DNA of 64,000 nt from Eledone cirrhosa (Eukaryota), in NCBI GenBank assembly GCA_964016885.1, contig OZ024741.1, forward strand, positions 389,050,001 to 389,114,000, read 5' to 3'. The notes under the pieces were generated by a model. It did not search any database and had not been told where the DNA came from. It saw only the letters and a list, made by a program, of their open reading frames with translations. The translations under genes were made by a program, and so were the position numbers. This document shows positions 48,961 through 63,688 of the stretch, one piece after another (position 1 is the stretch's first letter; every line of letters starts with the position of its first letter).

Positions 48961-51900
48961 TATCTTTCTATTTCATCTTTTATTTCTCAGTCTATCTTCT
49001 ATTTCATCTTTTATTTCTCATTCTATCTTCTATTTCATCTTTTATTTCTCATTCTATCTTCTATTTCATCTTTTATTTCTCATTCTATCTTCTATTTCAT
49101 CTTTTATTTCTCATTCTATCTTCTATTTCATCTTTTATTTCTTATTCTATCTTTCTATTTCATCTTTTATTTCTCGCTCTATCTTCTATTTCATCTTTTA
49201 TTTCTCATTCTATCTTTCTATTTCATCTTTTATTTCTCATTCTATCTTTCTATTTCATCTTTTATTTCTCATTCTATCTTCTATTTCATCTTTTATTTCT
49301 CATTCTATCTTCTATTTCATCTTTTATTTCTCATTCTATCTTCAATTTCATGTTTTATTTCTCATTCTATCTTCAATTTCATCTTTTATTTCTCATTCTA
49401 TCTTCTATTTCATCTTTTATTTCTCATTCTATCTTCTATTTCATCTTTTATTTCTCACTCTATCTTCTATTTCATCTTTTATTTCTCACTCTATCTTCTA
49501 TTTCATCTTTTATTTCTCATTCTATCTTCTATTTCATCTTTTATTTCTCATTCTATCTTCTATTTCATCTTTTATTTCTCATTCTATCTTTCTATTTCAT
49601 CTTTTATTTCTCGCTCTATCTTCTATTTCATCTTTTATTTCTTATTCTATCTTTCTATTTCATCTTTTATTTCTCATTCTATCTTTCTATTTCATCTTTT
49701 ATTTCTCATTCTATCTTCTATTTCATCTTTTATTTCTCATTCTATCTTCAATTTCATCTTTTATTTCTCATTCTATCTTCTATTTCATCTTTTATTTCTC
49801 ATTCTATCTTCTATTTCATCTTTTATTTCTCATTCTATCTTCAATTTCATCTTTTATTTCTCATTCTATCTTCTATTTCATCTTTTATTTCTCATTCTAT
49901 CTTCAATTTCATCTTTTATTTCTCATTCTATCTTCAATTTCATCTTTTATTTCTCATTCTATCTTCTATTTCATCTTTTATTTCTCACTCTATCTTCTAT
50001 TTCATCTTTTATTTCTCATTCTATATTCTATTTCATCTTTTATTTCTCATTGTATCTTCTATTTCATCTTTTATTTCTCATTCTATCTTGTATTTCATCT
50101 TTAATTTCTATCTTATATTTAATCTTTCATTTCTCATTCTATCTTCTATTTCATCTTTCATTTCTCATTCTATCTTCTATTTCATCTTCTATTTCTCACT
50201 CTATCTTCTATTTCATCTTTTATTTCTCATTCTATCTTCTATTTCATCTTTTATTTCTCACTCTATCTTCTATTTCATCTTTTATTTCTCATTCTATCTT
50301 CTATTTCATCTTTTATTTCTCATTCTATCTTCTATTTCATCTTTTATTTCTCATTCTATCTTCTATTTCATCTTTTATTTCTCATTCTATCTTCTATTTC
50401 ATCTTTTATTTCTCATTCTATCTTTCTATTTCATCTTTTATTTCTCATTCTATCTTTCTATTTCATCTTTTATTTCTCATTCTCTCTTCTATTTCATCTT
50501 TTATTTCTCATTCTATCTTCCATTTCATCTTTTATTTCTCACTCTATCTTTATTTCATCTTTTATTTCTCATTCTATCTTCTATTTCATCTTTTATTTCT
50601 CACTCTATCTTCTATTTTATCTTTTATTTCTCATTCTATCTTTCTATTTCATCTTCTATTTCATCTTTTATTTCTCATTCTATCTTCAATTTCATCTTTT
50701 ATTTCTCATTCTATCTTCTATTTCATCTTTTATTTCTCACTCTATCTTCTATTTCATCTTTTATTTCTCATTCCATCTTCTATTTCATCTTTTATTTCTA
50801 ATTCCATCTTCTATTTCATCTTTTATTTCTCATTATATCTTCTATTTCATCTTTTATTTCTCACTCTATCTTCTATTTCATCATTATTTCTCACTCTATC
50901 TTCTATTTCATCTTTTATTTCTCATTATATCTTTCTATTTCATCTTTTATTTCTCATTCTATCTTCTATTTCATCTTTTATTTCTCATTCTATCTTCTAT
51001 TTCATCTTTTATTTCTCATTCTATCTTCTATTTCATCTTTTATTTCTCATTCTATCTTCTATTTCATCTTTTATTTCTCATTTTATCTTTCTATTTCATC
51101 TTTTATTTCTCATTCTCTCTTCTATTTCATCTTTTATTTCTCACTCTATCTTCTATTTCATCTTTTATTTCTCATTCTATCTTCTATTTCATCTTTTATT
51201 TCTCATTCTATCTTTCTATTTCATCTTTTATTTCTCAGTCTATCTTCTATTTCATCTTTTATTTCTCATTCTATCTTCTATTTCATCTTTTATTTCTCAT
51301 TCTCTCTTCTATTTCATCTTTTATTTCTCACTCTATCTTCTATTTCATCTTTTATTTCTCATTCTATCTTCCATTTCATCTTTTATTTCTCACTCTATCT
51401 TCTATTTCATCTTTTATTTCTCAGTCTATCTTCTATTTCATCTTTTATTTCTCATTCTATCTTCTATTTCATTTTTTATTTCTCATTCTATCTTTCTATT
51501 TCATCTTTTATTTCTCATTCTATCTTTCTATTTCATTTTTTATTTCTCATTCTATCTTTCTATTTCATCTTTTATTTCTCATTCTCTCTTCTATTTCATC
51601 TTTTATTTCTCACTCTATCTTCTATTTCATCTTTTATTTCTCATTCTATCTTCCATTTCATCTTTTATTTCTCACTCTATCTTCTATTTCATCTTTTATT
51701 TCTCAGTCTATCTTCTATTTCATCTTTTATTTCTCAGTCTATCTTCTATTTCATCTTTTATTTCTCATTCTATCTTCTATTTCATCTTTTATTTCTCATT
51801 CTCTCTTCTATTTCATCTTTTATTTCTCACTCTATCTTCTATTTCATCTTTTATTTCTCATTCTATCTTCCATTTCATCTTTTATTTCTCACTCTATCTT

Positions 51901-54900
51901 CTATTTCATCTTTTATTTCTCAGTCTATCTTCTATTTCATCTTTTATTTCTCATTCTATCTTCTATTTCATTTTTTATTTCTCATTCTATCTTTCTATTT
52001 CATCTTTTATTTCTCATTCTATCTTTCTATTTCATTTTTTATTTCTCATTCTATCTTTCTATTTCATCTTTTATTTCTCATTCTCTCTTCTATTTCATCT
52101 TTTATTTCTCACTCTATCTTCTATTTCATCTTTTATTTCTCATTCTATCTTTCTATTTCATCTTTTATTTCTCATTCTCTCTTCTATTTCATCTTTTATT
52201 TCTCATTCTATCTTCCATTTCATCTTTTATTTCTCACTCTATCTTCTATTTCATCTTTTATTTCTCATTCTATCTTCTATTTCATCTTTTATTTCTCATT
52301 CTATCTTTCTATTTCATCTTTTATTTCTCAGTCTATCTTCTATTTCATCTTTTATTTCTCATTCTATCTTCTATTTCATCTTTTATTTCTCATTCTATCT
52401 TCTATTTCATCTTTTATTTCTCATTCTATCTTCTATTTAATCTTTTATTTCTCATTCTATCTTCTATTTCATCTTTTATTTCTCATTCTATCTTTCTATT
52501 TCATTTTTTATTTCTCATTCTATCTTTCTATTTCATCTTTTATTTCTCATTCTCTCTTCTATTTCATCTTTTATTTCTCACTCTATCTTCTATTTCATCT
52601 TTTATTTCTCATTCTATCTTCCATTTCATCTTTTATTTCTCACTCTATCTTCTATTTCATCTTTTATTTCTCATTCTATCTTCTATTTCATCTTTTATTT
52701 CTCATTCTATCTTTCTATTTCATCTTTTATTTCTCAGTCTATTTTCTATTTCATCTTTTATTTCTCATTCTATCTTCTATTTCATCTTTTATTTCTCATT
52801 CTCTCTTCTATTTCATCTTTTATTTCTCACTCTATCTTCTATTTCATCTTTTATTTCTCATTCTATCTTCTATTTCATCTTTTATTTCTCACTCTATCTT
52901 CTATTTCATCTTTTATTTCTCATTCTATCTTCTATTTCATCTTTTATTTCTCACTCTATCTTCTATTTCATCTTTTATTTCTCACTCTATCTTCTATTTC
53001 ATCTTTTATTTCTCATTCTATCTTCTATTTCATCTTTTATTTCTCATTCTATCTTCTATTTCATCTTTTATTTCTCATTCTATCTTCTATTTCATCTTTT
53101 ATTTCTCATTCTATCTTCTATTTCATCTTTTATTTCTCATTCTATCTTTCTATTTCATCTTTTATTTCTCATTCTATCTTTCTATTTCATCTTTTATTTC
53201 TCATTCTCTCTTCTATTTCATCTTTTATTTCTCATTCTATCTTCCATTTCATCTTTTATTTCTCACTCTATCTTTATTTCATCTTTTATTTCTCATTCTA
53301 TCTTCTATTTCATCTTTTATTTCTCACTCTATCTTCTATTTTATCTTTTATTTCTCATTCTATCTTTCTATTTCATCTTCTATTTCATCTTTTATTTCTC
53401 ATTCTATCTTCAATTTCATCTTTTATTTCTCATTCTATCTTCTATTTCATCTTTTATTTCTCACTCTATCTTCTATTTCATCTTTTATTTCTCATTCCAT
53501 CTTCTATTTCATCTTTTATTTCTCATTCCATCTTCTATTTCATCTTTTATTTCTCATTATATCTTCTATTTCATCTTTTATTTCTCACTCTATCTTCTAT
53601 TTCATCTTTTATTTCTCATTCTATCTTCAATTTCATCTTTTATTTCTCATTCTATCTTCTATTTCATCTTTTACTTCTCATTCTATCTTCTATTTCATCT
53701 TTTATTTCTCATTCTATCTTCTATTTCATCTTTTATTTCTCATTATATCTTTCTATTTCATCTTTTATTTCTCATTCTCTCTTCTATTTCATCTTTTATT
53801 TCTCACTCTATCTTCTATTTCATCTTTTATTTCTCATTCTATCTTCCATTTCATCTTTTATTTCTCACTCTATCTTCTATTTCATCTTTTATTTCTCATT
53901 CTATCTTCTATTTCATCTTTTATTTCTCATTCTATCTTCTATTTCATCTTCTATTTCTCACTCTATCTTCTATTTCATCTTTTATTTCTCATTCTATCTT
54001 CTATTTCATCTTTTATTTCTCATTCTATCTTCTATTTCATCTCTTATTTCTCATTCTATCTTTCTATTTCATCTTTTATTTCTCAGTCTATCTTCTATTT
54101 CATCTTTTATTTCTCATTCTATCTTCTATTTCATCTTTTATTTCTCATTCTATCTTCTATTTCATCTTTTATTTCTCATTCTATCTTCTATTTCATCTTT
54201 TATTTCTCATTCTATCTTCTATTTCATCTTTTATTTCTTATTCTATCTTTCTATTTCATCTTTTATTTCTCGCTCTATCTTCTATTTCATCTTTTATTTC
54301 TCATTCTATCTTTCTATTTCATCTTTTATTTCTCATTCTATCTTTCTATTTCATCTTTTATTTCTCATTCTATCTTCTATTTCATCTTTTATTTCTCATT
54401 CTATCTTCTATTTCATCTTTTATTTCTCATTCTATCTTCAATTTCATGTTTTATTTCTCATTCTATCTTCAATTTCATCTTTTATTTCTCATTCTATCTT
54501 CTATTTCATCTTTTATTTCTCATTCTATCTTCTATTTCATCTTTTATTTCTCACTCTATCTTCTATTTCATCTTTTATTTCTCACTCTATCTTCTATTTC
54601 ATCTTTTATTTCTCATTCTATCTTCTATTTCATCTTTTATTTCTCATTCTATCTTCTATTTCATCTTTTATTTCTCATTCTATCTTTCTATTTCATCTTT
54701 TATTTCTCGCTCTATCTTCTATTTCATCTTTTATTTCTTATTCTATCTTTCTATTTCATCTTTTATTTCTCATTCTATCTTTCTATTTCATCTTTTATTT
54801 CTCATTCTATCTTCTATTTCATCTTTTATTTCTCATTCTATCTTCAATTTCATCTTTTATTTCTCATTCTATCTTCTATTTCATCTTTTATTTCTCATTC

Positions 54901-57900
54901 TATCTTCTATTTCATCTTTTATTTCTCATTCTATCTTCAATTTCATCTTTTATTTCTCATTCTATCTTCTATTTCATCTTTTATTTCTCATTCTATCTTC
55001 AATTTCATCTTTTATTTCTCATTCTATCTTCAATTTCATCTTTTATTTCTCATTCTATCTTCTATTTCATCTTTTATTTCTCACTCTATCTTCTATTTCA
55101 TCTTTTATTTCTCATTCTATATTCTATTTCATCTTTTATTTCTCATTGTATCTTCTATTTCATCTTTTATTTCTCATTCTATCTTGTATTTCATCTTTAA
55201 TTTCTATCTTATATTTAATCTTTCATTTCTCATTCTATCTTCTATTTCATCTTTCATTTCTCATTCTATCTTCTATTTCATCTTCTATTTCTCACTCTAT
55301 CTTCTATTTCATCTTTTATTTCTCATTCTATCTTCTATTTCATCTTTTATTTCTCACTCTATCTTCTATTTCATCTTTTATTTCTCATTCTATCTTCTAT
55401 TTCATCTTTTATTTCTCATTCTATCTTCTATTTCATCTTTTATTTCTCATTCTATCTTCTATTTCATCTTTTATTTCTCATTCTATCTTCTATTTCATCT
55501 TTTATTTCTCATTCTATCTTTCTATTTCATCTTTTATTTCTCATTCTATCTTTCTATTTCATCTTTTATTTCTCATTCTCTCTTCTATTTCATCTTTTAT
55601 TTCTCATTCTATCTTCCATTTCATCTTTTATTTCTCACTCTATCTTTATTTCATCTTTTATTTCTCATTCTATCTTCTATTTCATCTTTTATTTCTCACT
55701 CTATCTTCTATTTTATCTTTTATTTCTCATTCTATCTTTCTATTTCATCTTCTATTTCATCTTTTATTTCTCATTCTATCTTCAATTTCATCTTTTATTT
55801 CTCATTCTATCTTCTATTTCATCTTTTATTTCTCACTCTATCTTCTATTTCATCTTTTATTTCTCATTCCATCTTCTATTTCATCTTTTATTTCTAATTC
55901 CATCTTCTATTTCATCTTTTATTTCTCATTATATCTTCTATTTCATCTTTTATTTCTCACTCTATCTTCTATTTCATCATTATTTCTCACTCTATCTTCT
56001 ATTTCATCTTTTATTTCTCATTATATCTTTCTATTTCATCTTTTATTTCTCATTCTATCTTCTATTTCATCTTTTATTTCTCATTCTATCTTCTATTTCA
56101 TCTTTTATTTCTCATTCTATCTTCTATTTCATCTTTTATTTCTCATTCTATCTTCTATTTCATCTTTTATTTCTCATTTTATCTTTCTATTTCATCTTTT
56201 ATTTCTCATTCTCTCTTCTATTTCATCTTTTATTTCTCACTCTATCTTCTATTTCATCTTTTATTTCTCATTCTATCTTCTATTTCATCTTTTATTTCTC
56301 ATTCTATCTTTCTATTTCATCTTTTATTTCTCAGTCTATCTTCTATTTCATCTTTTATTTCTCATTCTATCTTCTATTTCATCTTTTATTTCTCATTCTC
56401 TCTTCTATTTCATCTTTTATTTCTCACTCTATCTTCTATTTCATCTTTTATTTCTCATTCTATCTTCCATTTCATCTTTTATTTCTCACTCTATCTTCTA
56501 TTTCATCTTTTATTTCTCAGTCTATCTTCTATTTCATCTTTTATTTCTCATTCTATCTTCTATTTCATTTTTTATTTCTCATTCTATCTTTCTATTTCAT
56601 CTTTTATTTCTCATTCTATCTTTCTATTTCATTTTTTATTTCTCATTCTATCTTTCTATTTCATCTTTTATTTCTCATTCTCTCTTCTATTTCATCTTTT
56701 ATTTCTCACTCTATCTTCTATTTCATCTTTTATTTCTCATTCTATCTTCCATTTCATCTTTTATTTCTCACTCTATCTTCTATTTCATCTTTTATTTCTC
56801 AGTCTATCTTCTATTTCATCTTTTATTTCTCAGTCTATCTTCTATTTCATCTTTTATTTCTCATTCTATCTTCTATTTCATCTTTTATTTCTCATTCTCT
56901 CTTCTATTTCATCTTTTATTTCTCACTCTATCTTCTATTTCATCTTTTATTTCTCATTCTATCTTCCATTTCATCTTTTATTTCTCACTCTATCTTCTAT
57001 TTCATCTTTTATTTCTCAGTCTATCTTCTATTTCATCTTTTATTTCTCATTCTATCTTCTATTTCATTTTTTATTTCTCATTCTATCTTTCTATTTCATC
57101 TTTTATTTCTCATTCTATCTTTCTATTTCATTTTTTATTTCTCATTCTATCTTTCTATTTCATCTTTTATTTCTCATTCTCTCTTCTATTTCATCTTTTA
57201 TTTCTCACTCTATCTTCTATTTCATCTTTTATTTCTCATTCTATCTTCCATTTCATCTTTTATTTCTCACTCTATCTTCTATTTCATCTTTTATTTCTCA
57301 GTCTATCTTCTATTTCATCTTTTATTTCTCATTCTATCTTCTATTTCATCTTTTATTTCTCATTCTATCTTCTATTTCATCTTTTATTTCTCACTCTATC
57401 TTCTATTTCATCTTTTATTTCTCACTCTATCTTCTATTTCATCTTTTATTTCTCATTCTATCTTCTATTTCATCTTTTATTTCTCATTCTATCTTCTATT
57501 TCATCTTTTATTTCTCATTCTATCTTCTATTTCATCTTTTATTTCTCATTCTATCTTTCTATTTCATCTTTTATTTCTCGCTCTATCTTCTATTTCATCT
57601 TTTATTTCTCATTCTATCTTTCTATTTCATCTTTTATTTCTCATTCTATCTTTCTATTTCATCTTTTATTTCTCATTCTATCTTCTATTTCATCTTTTAT
57701 TTCTCATTCTATCTTCAATTTCATCTTTTATTTCTCATTCTATCTTCTATTTCATCTTTTATTTCTCATTCTATCTTCTATTTCATCTTTTATTTCTCAT
57801 TCTATCTTCAATTTCATCTTTTATTTCTCATTCTATCTTCTATTTCATCTTTTATTTCTCATTCTATCTTCAATTTCATCTTTTATTTCTCATTCTATCT

Positions 57901-60900
57901 TCAATTTCATCTTTTATTTCTCATTCTATCTTCTATTTCATCTTTTATTTCTCACTCTATCTTCTATTTCATCTTTTATTTCTCATTCTATATTCTATTT
58001 CATCTTTTATTTCTCATTGTATCTTCTATTTCATCTTTTATTTCTCATTCTATCTTGTATTTCATCTTTAATTTCTATCTTATATTTAATCTTTCATTTC
58101 TCATTCTATCTTCTATTTCATCTTTCATTTCTCATTCTATCTTCTATTTCATCTTCTATTTCTCACTCTATCTTCTATTTCATCTTTTATTTCTCATTCT
58201 ATCTTCTATTTCATCTTTTATTTCTCACTCTATCTTCTATTTCATCTTTTATTTCTCATTCTATCTTCTATTTCATCTTTTATTTCTCATTCTATCTTCT
58301 ATTTCATCTTTTATTTCTCATTCTATCTTCTATTTCATCTTTTATTTCTCATTCTATCTTCTATTTCATCTTTTATTTCTCATTCTATCTTTCTATTTCA
58401 TCTTTTATTTCTCATTCTATCTTTCTATTTCATCTTTTATTTCTCATTCTCTCTTCTATTTCATCTTTTATTTCTCATTCTATCTTCCATTTCATCTTTT
58501 ATTTCTCACTCTATCTTTATTTCATCTTTTATTTCTCATTCTATCTTCTATTTCATCTTTTATTTCTCACTCTATCTTCTATTTTATCTTTTATTTCTCA
58601 TTCTATCTTTCTATTTCATCTTCTATTTCATCTTTTATTTCTCATTCTATCTTCAATTTCATCTTTTATTTCTCATTCTATCTTCTATTTCATCTTTTAT
58701 TTCTCACTCTATCTTCTATTTCATCTTTTATTTCTCATTCCATCTTCTATTTCATCTTTTATTTCTAATTCCATCTTCTATTTCATCTTTTATTTCTCAT
58801 TATATCTTCTATTTCATCTTTTATTTCTCACTCTATCTTCTATTTCATCATTATTTCTCACTCTATCTTCTATTTCATCTTTTATTTCTCATTATATCTT
58901 TCTATTTCATCTTTTATTTCTCATTCTATCTTCTATTTCATCTTTTATTTCTCATTCTATCTTCTATTTCATCTTTTATTTCTCATTCTATCTTCTATTT
59001 CATCTTTTATTTCTCATTCTATCTTCTATTTCATCTTTTATTTCTCATTCTATCTTTCTATTTCATCTTTTATTTCTCATTCTCTCTTCTATTTCATCTT
59101 TTATTTCTCACTCTATCTTCTATTTCATCTTTTATTTCTCATTCTATCTTCCATTTCATCTTTTATTTCTCACTCTATCTTCTATTTCATCTTTTATTTC
59201 TCATTCTATCTTCTATTTCATCTTTTATTTCTCATTCTATCTTTCTATTTCATCTTTTATTTCTCAGTCTATCTTCTATTTCATCTTTTATTTCTCATTC
59301 TATCTTCTATTTCATCTTTTATTTCTCATTCTCTCTTCTATTTCATCTTTTATTTCTCACTCTATCTTCTATTTCATCTTTTATTTCTCATTCTATCTTC
59401 CATTTCATCTTTTATTTCTCACTCTATCTTCTATTTCATCTTTTATTTCTCAGTCTATCTTCTATTTCATCTTTTATTTCTCATTCTATCTTCTATTTCA
59501 TTTTTTATTTCTCATTCTATCTTTCTATTTCATCTTTTATTTCTCATTCTATCTTTCTATTTCATTTTTTATTTCTCATTCTATCTTTCTATTTCATCTT
59601 TTATTTCTCATTCTCTCTTCTATTTCATCTTTTATTTCTCACTCTATCTTCTATTTCATCTTTTATTTCTCATTCTATCTTCCATTTCATCTTTTATTTC
59701 TCACTCTATCTTCTATTTCATCTTTTATTTCTCAGTCTATCTTCTATTTCATCTTTTATTTCTCATTCTATCTTCTATTTCATCTTTTATTTCTCATTCT
59801 ATCTTCTATTTCATCTTTTATTTCTCATTCTATCTTCTATTTCATCTTTTATTTCTCAATCTATCTTCTATTTCATCTTTTATTTCTTATTCTATCTTTC
59901 TATTTCATCTTTTATTTCTCGCTCTATCTTCTATTTCATCTTTTATTTCTCATTCTATCTTTCTATTTCATCTTTTATTTCTCATTCTATCTTTCTATTT
60001 CATCTTTTATTTCTCATTCTATCTTCTATTTCATCTTTTATTTCTCATTCTATCTTCAATTTCATCTTTTATTTCTCATTCTATCTTCTATTTCATCTTT
60101 TATTTCTCATTCTATCTTCTATTTCATCTTTTATTTCTCATTCTATCTTCAATTTCATCTTTTATTTCTCATTCTATCTTCAATTTCATCTTTTATTTCT
60201 CATTCTATCTTCTATTTCATCTTTTATTTCTCATTCTATCTTCTATTTCATCTTTTATTTCTCACTCTATCTTCTATTTCATCTTTTATTTCTCACTCTA
60301 TCTTCTATTTCATCTTTTATTTCTCATTCTATCTTCTATTTCATCTTTTATTTCTCATTCTATCTTCTATTTCATCTTTTATTTCTCATTCTATCTTCTA
60401 TTTCATCTTTTATTTCTCATTCTATCTTTCTATTTCATCTTTTATTTCTCGCTCTATCTTCTATTTCATCTTTTATTTCTCATTCTATCTTTCTATTTCA
60501 TCTTTTATTTCTCATTCTATCTTTCTATTTCATCTTTTATTTCTCATTCTATCTTCTATTTCATCTTTTATTTCTCATTCTATCTTCTATTTCATCTTTT
60601 ATTTCTCATTCTATCTTCTATTTCATCTTTTATTTCTCATTCTATCTTCAATTTCATCTTTTATTTCTCATTCTATCTTCTATTTCATCTTTTATTTCTC
60701 ATTCTATCTTCAATTCCATCTTTTATTTCTCATTCTATCTTCAATTTCATCTTTTATTTCTCATTCTATCTTCTATTTCATCTTTTATTTCTCACTCTAT
60801 CTTCTATTTCATCTTTTATTTCTCATTCTATATTCTATTTCATCTTTTATTTCTCATTGTATCTTCTATTTCATCTTTTATTTCTCATTCTATCTTCTAT

Positions 60901-61078
60901 TTCATCTTTCATTTCTCATTCTATCTTCTATTTCATCTTTTATTTCTCATTCTAGCTTCTATTTCATCTTTTATTTCTCATTCTATCTTCTATTTCATCT
61001 TTCATTTCTCATTCTATCTTCTATTTCATCTTTTATTTCTGATTGTATCTTCTATTTCATCTTTTATTTCTCATTCTT
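48961..61078. repeat. 31-bp satellite array, right arm, with higher-order duplications
   Basis: Same unit; a diagnostic variant block recurs at 50090, 55186 and 58057. Confidence 0.98.
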
Positions 61079-61499
61079 TTCTTACTATATCAAGCATTAA
61101 ACTAATATATTTCTTCATTGTACTGTATCATTTGCTTTATTAATTCTGTTTACTTTTTGCATATGCACACATACACATGCGCACGCACACACATGATCGG
61201 CTTCTGTAGTTTGTGTTCATCAAATTTCACTCACAAAAGGCATTATTCAATCTGAGGCTATAGTGGAAGACACTTGCCCAAGTTACCATGTAGTGGGAGT
61301 AAACCTGAAGTCATGTGATTGTAAAAGGAATTCCTTAACCACACAGATGTCTTTTTAATTAGAACAGCCATATTAAATATCAGTTTCTTTCTTTTTCCCT
61401 GTTTTCTTTTACTTTGTATTTAAATCTTGTTTATGTTCATATTATCTTTAATCCACTTCTTTAAAAGGTTTATAAAGATTTCCTGTGCACTTTTAATTT

Positions 61500-61790
61500 C
61501 ATCATCATCATCATCATTTTAGTTTGCATTCCCTGCAAGCATGGGCTGGACAAGTTGTCAGAATCTAAGACCAAATGAGTCAGTGCAACCTCATCTTGCT
61601 CATACTTTCCATATTTGACAGTTGGATGCCCTTCTTAATGCCAACCACTGTTAACAGTGTGTTCTGGGGGAATTTTTTGTGGCCCCACCACTACCACTTT
61701 ACAGAGTATACTGGGTGCATTTTAGATTGAGGCACTAACACTTTACAGGGTGAGCTGGATGTATTTTATCATGACACTCTCACTAATTTA
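61500..61790 (-). mobile_element. Old RTE-related 3' end remnant
   Basis: (CAT)n followed by agcatgggctggac...ggatgcccttcttaatgccaacc. Confidence 0.65.
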
Positions 61791-62093
61791 TAGTATTAAT
61801 TATGCTATCAAAGGATTTCCTGTCTAAACCATATAATCATGTTGTTCTAATGTAGTCTCTACTATTTTTACACATGTCGTTTTGTACTGGTATCCAATAA
61901 AATCTACTGTTTTTCAAATATCGTTTTTGCTTTCTTTGAAATCAAATTTTAGCAATACTTTCAGATATCATTATTCCCATTATTTCTGTTTGAGCCTAAC
62001 CATATTCATAAGCCATATTTAGTGAATTATTTCCCTTAATTTTGATAACTGCAACCATTACCACACAAGCTATATATTACATAATTACAAATT

Positions 62094-62278
62094 TTGGCAA
62101 TATCAGTCGGCTGGACGCCATGCTTTGCAGCATAGTGTTACGCCCCTTTACGGTTTGAGTTCAAATCCCACCGAGGTTTACTTTGCCTTTCATCCTTACG
62201 AGGTTGATAAAATAAAGCACCAGTAATGCACTGGATTATTGCTGGCCTTGTGCCAAAATTAGAAACAATTATTACATT
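62094..62278 (+). mobile_element. Family 1 SINE with TSD
   Basis: cataattacaaatt at 62080-62093 and 62279-62292; B box gagttcaaatcc. Confidence 0.9.
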
Positions 62279-63509
62279 CATAATTACAAATTCTTCAATG
62301 TTTTCTTGAAGTTTTAAAATGTCCAACCTTTGGAGAAATTATTAAACATATCAATTTATATTTTATTTTAAGAATAATTAAGTTCTATTCTTAAAAAAAC
62401 TTTTTGTTAAGAATTAGAAAAGATGTAATCACTTCACAACATACTTTTGTGTCTTGCATCACTTGCTTCAGGCAGGGTTTGTCAAAAGTGTTAAATACAA
62501 ATTCAGAAACAGACAATATTGGCATTATATATCTATTGGTCACACTTCAACCATATATGTGTGTGTGTTTATTTAAAGAATCTGTTATTAATATAAATAT
62601 GAATTAAGTCTTGTCTCTACTATTGGACAATTAAATACAGTCAGTAAGTGTATATAATATACAGAGAAACAATTTACCTTCCACTATTAGTGATTCTGTG
62701 ACATAAATGTTTTCTCAGGTTGAATTCATGAAATATAATGCATTAGTGGATAGATTAAAATATAATCTGAAATCGAGAAGAAAATATTTCCTTTTCTGTC
62801 CACTTGTCTGGAAATTCATTATTTTAACTTGCTAGCCACAATAAAAACACTAAAATAGAGACTGTGATAACAAAAAGGCTTTTCACCAGTCAACAGTTTA
62901 TAGTCATGATAACTAACAGCCAAGGGACAGTCTCCATCAAGTTGATATGCTTATATATTTAAAGCATGTCTAAAATAACTGTCATACCAGGTGCCAGACA
63001 TTTACACCCATCAATCTGTCAGGTTAAGATAAACATTTGACAAAGTATTTGGAGTGTGCCAAGCATTTTTTCCTAAAGTTGCTTCTGAGAAATCCCAGTG
63101 TTTTGCAAAAAAAGAAAAAAAAAATTGGGGCTTTCACAAGATAGTCTTTTAATAAAATTTAATAGAAATGATGCTTTTTTATGTATATAAAAGTTCTCCT
63201 AAATAATTGTTTCATTTAATGTTTTTCAGAACTAGGGTGGGAGGCATTGTCTATAATGGTATGGGTTCTGTGATTTGGGAACATTTTTTTTTCAGGGTAC
63301 CATGACAAATAAATTTTGGGAACCACTGGTCTAGAAAAACAATTAGTTATAAAATGAAGTGTGTAGATGAGCCTTCAGATTAAAGCCAATAGACACTTCT
63401 AGAAGTGTCTCTGTAATCATTCCTGTGCAGAGAGTTATTTCAATATTAATTTATTTTTGTAAACAAATTGTTTGTGAAGGCGCTGGAAATTGTTTTTATT
63501 ATTTTTATG

Positions 63510-63688
63510 CAGTATAGGTAGAGGGTCGGACACCATGCTTTGACACATAGAGTTACGCCCCTTGCCATTCTGAGTTCAAATTGCGCCGAGGTTAACTTTG
63601 CCTTTCATCCTTACGGGGGTCGATAAAATATAGTACCAGTAATGTACTGGGTAATTGCTGGCCTTGTGCCAAAAGTAGAAACAATTAT
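63510..63688 (+). mobile_element. Family 1 SINE with TSD
   Basis: attatttttatg at ~63498 and ~63684; consensus body. Confidence 0.9.

Noticed and set aside
41853-61078. CRISPR-like array
   Set aside because: Units are head-to-tail with no unique spacers, there are no cas genes, and the context is eukaryotic.
43743-61100. Giant hydrophobic ORFs (713, 655, 796, 483, 1984 and 237 aa)
   Set aside because: They are translations of a stop-free 31-bp satellite strand. Frames shift freely through 1-bp indel variants and there is no sign of codon-level constraint.
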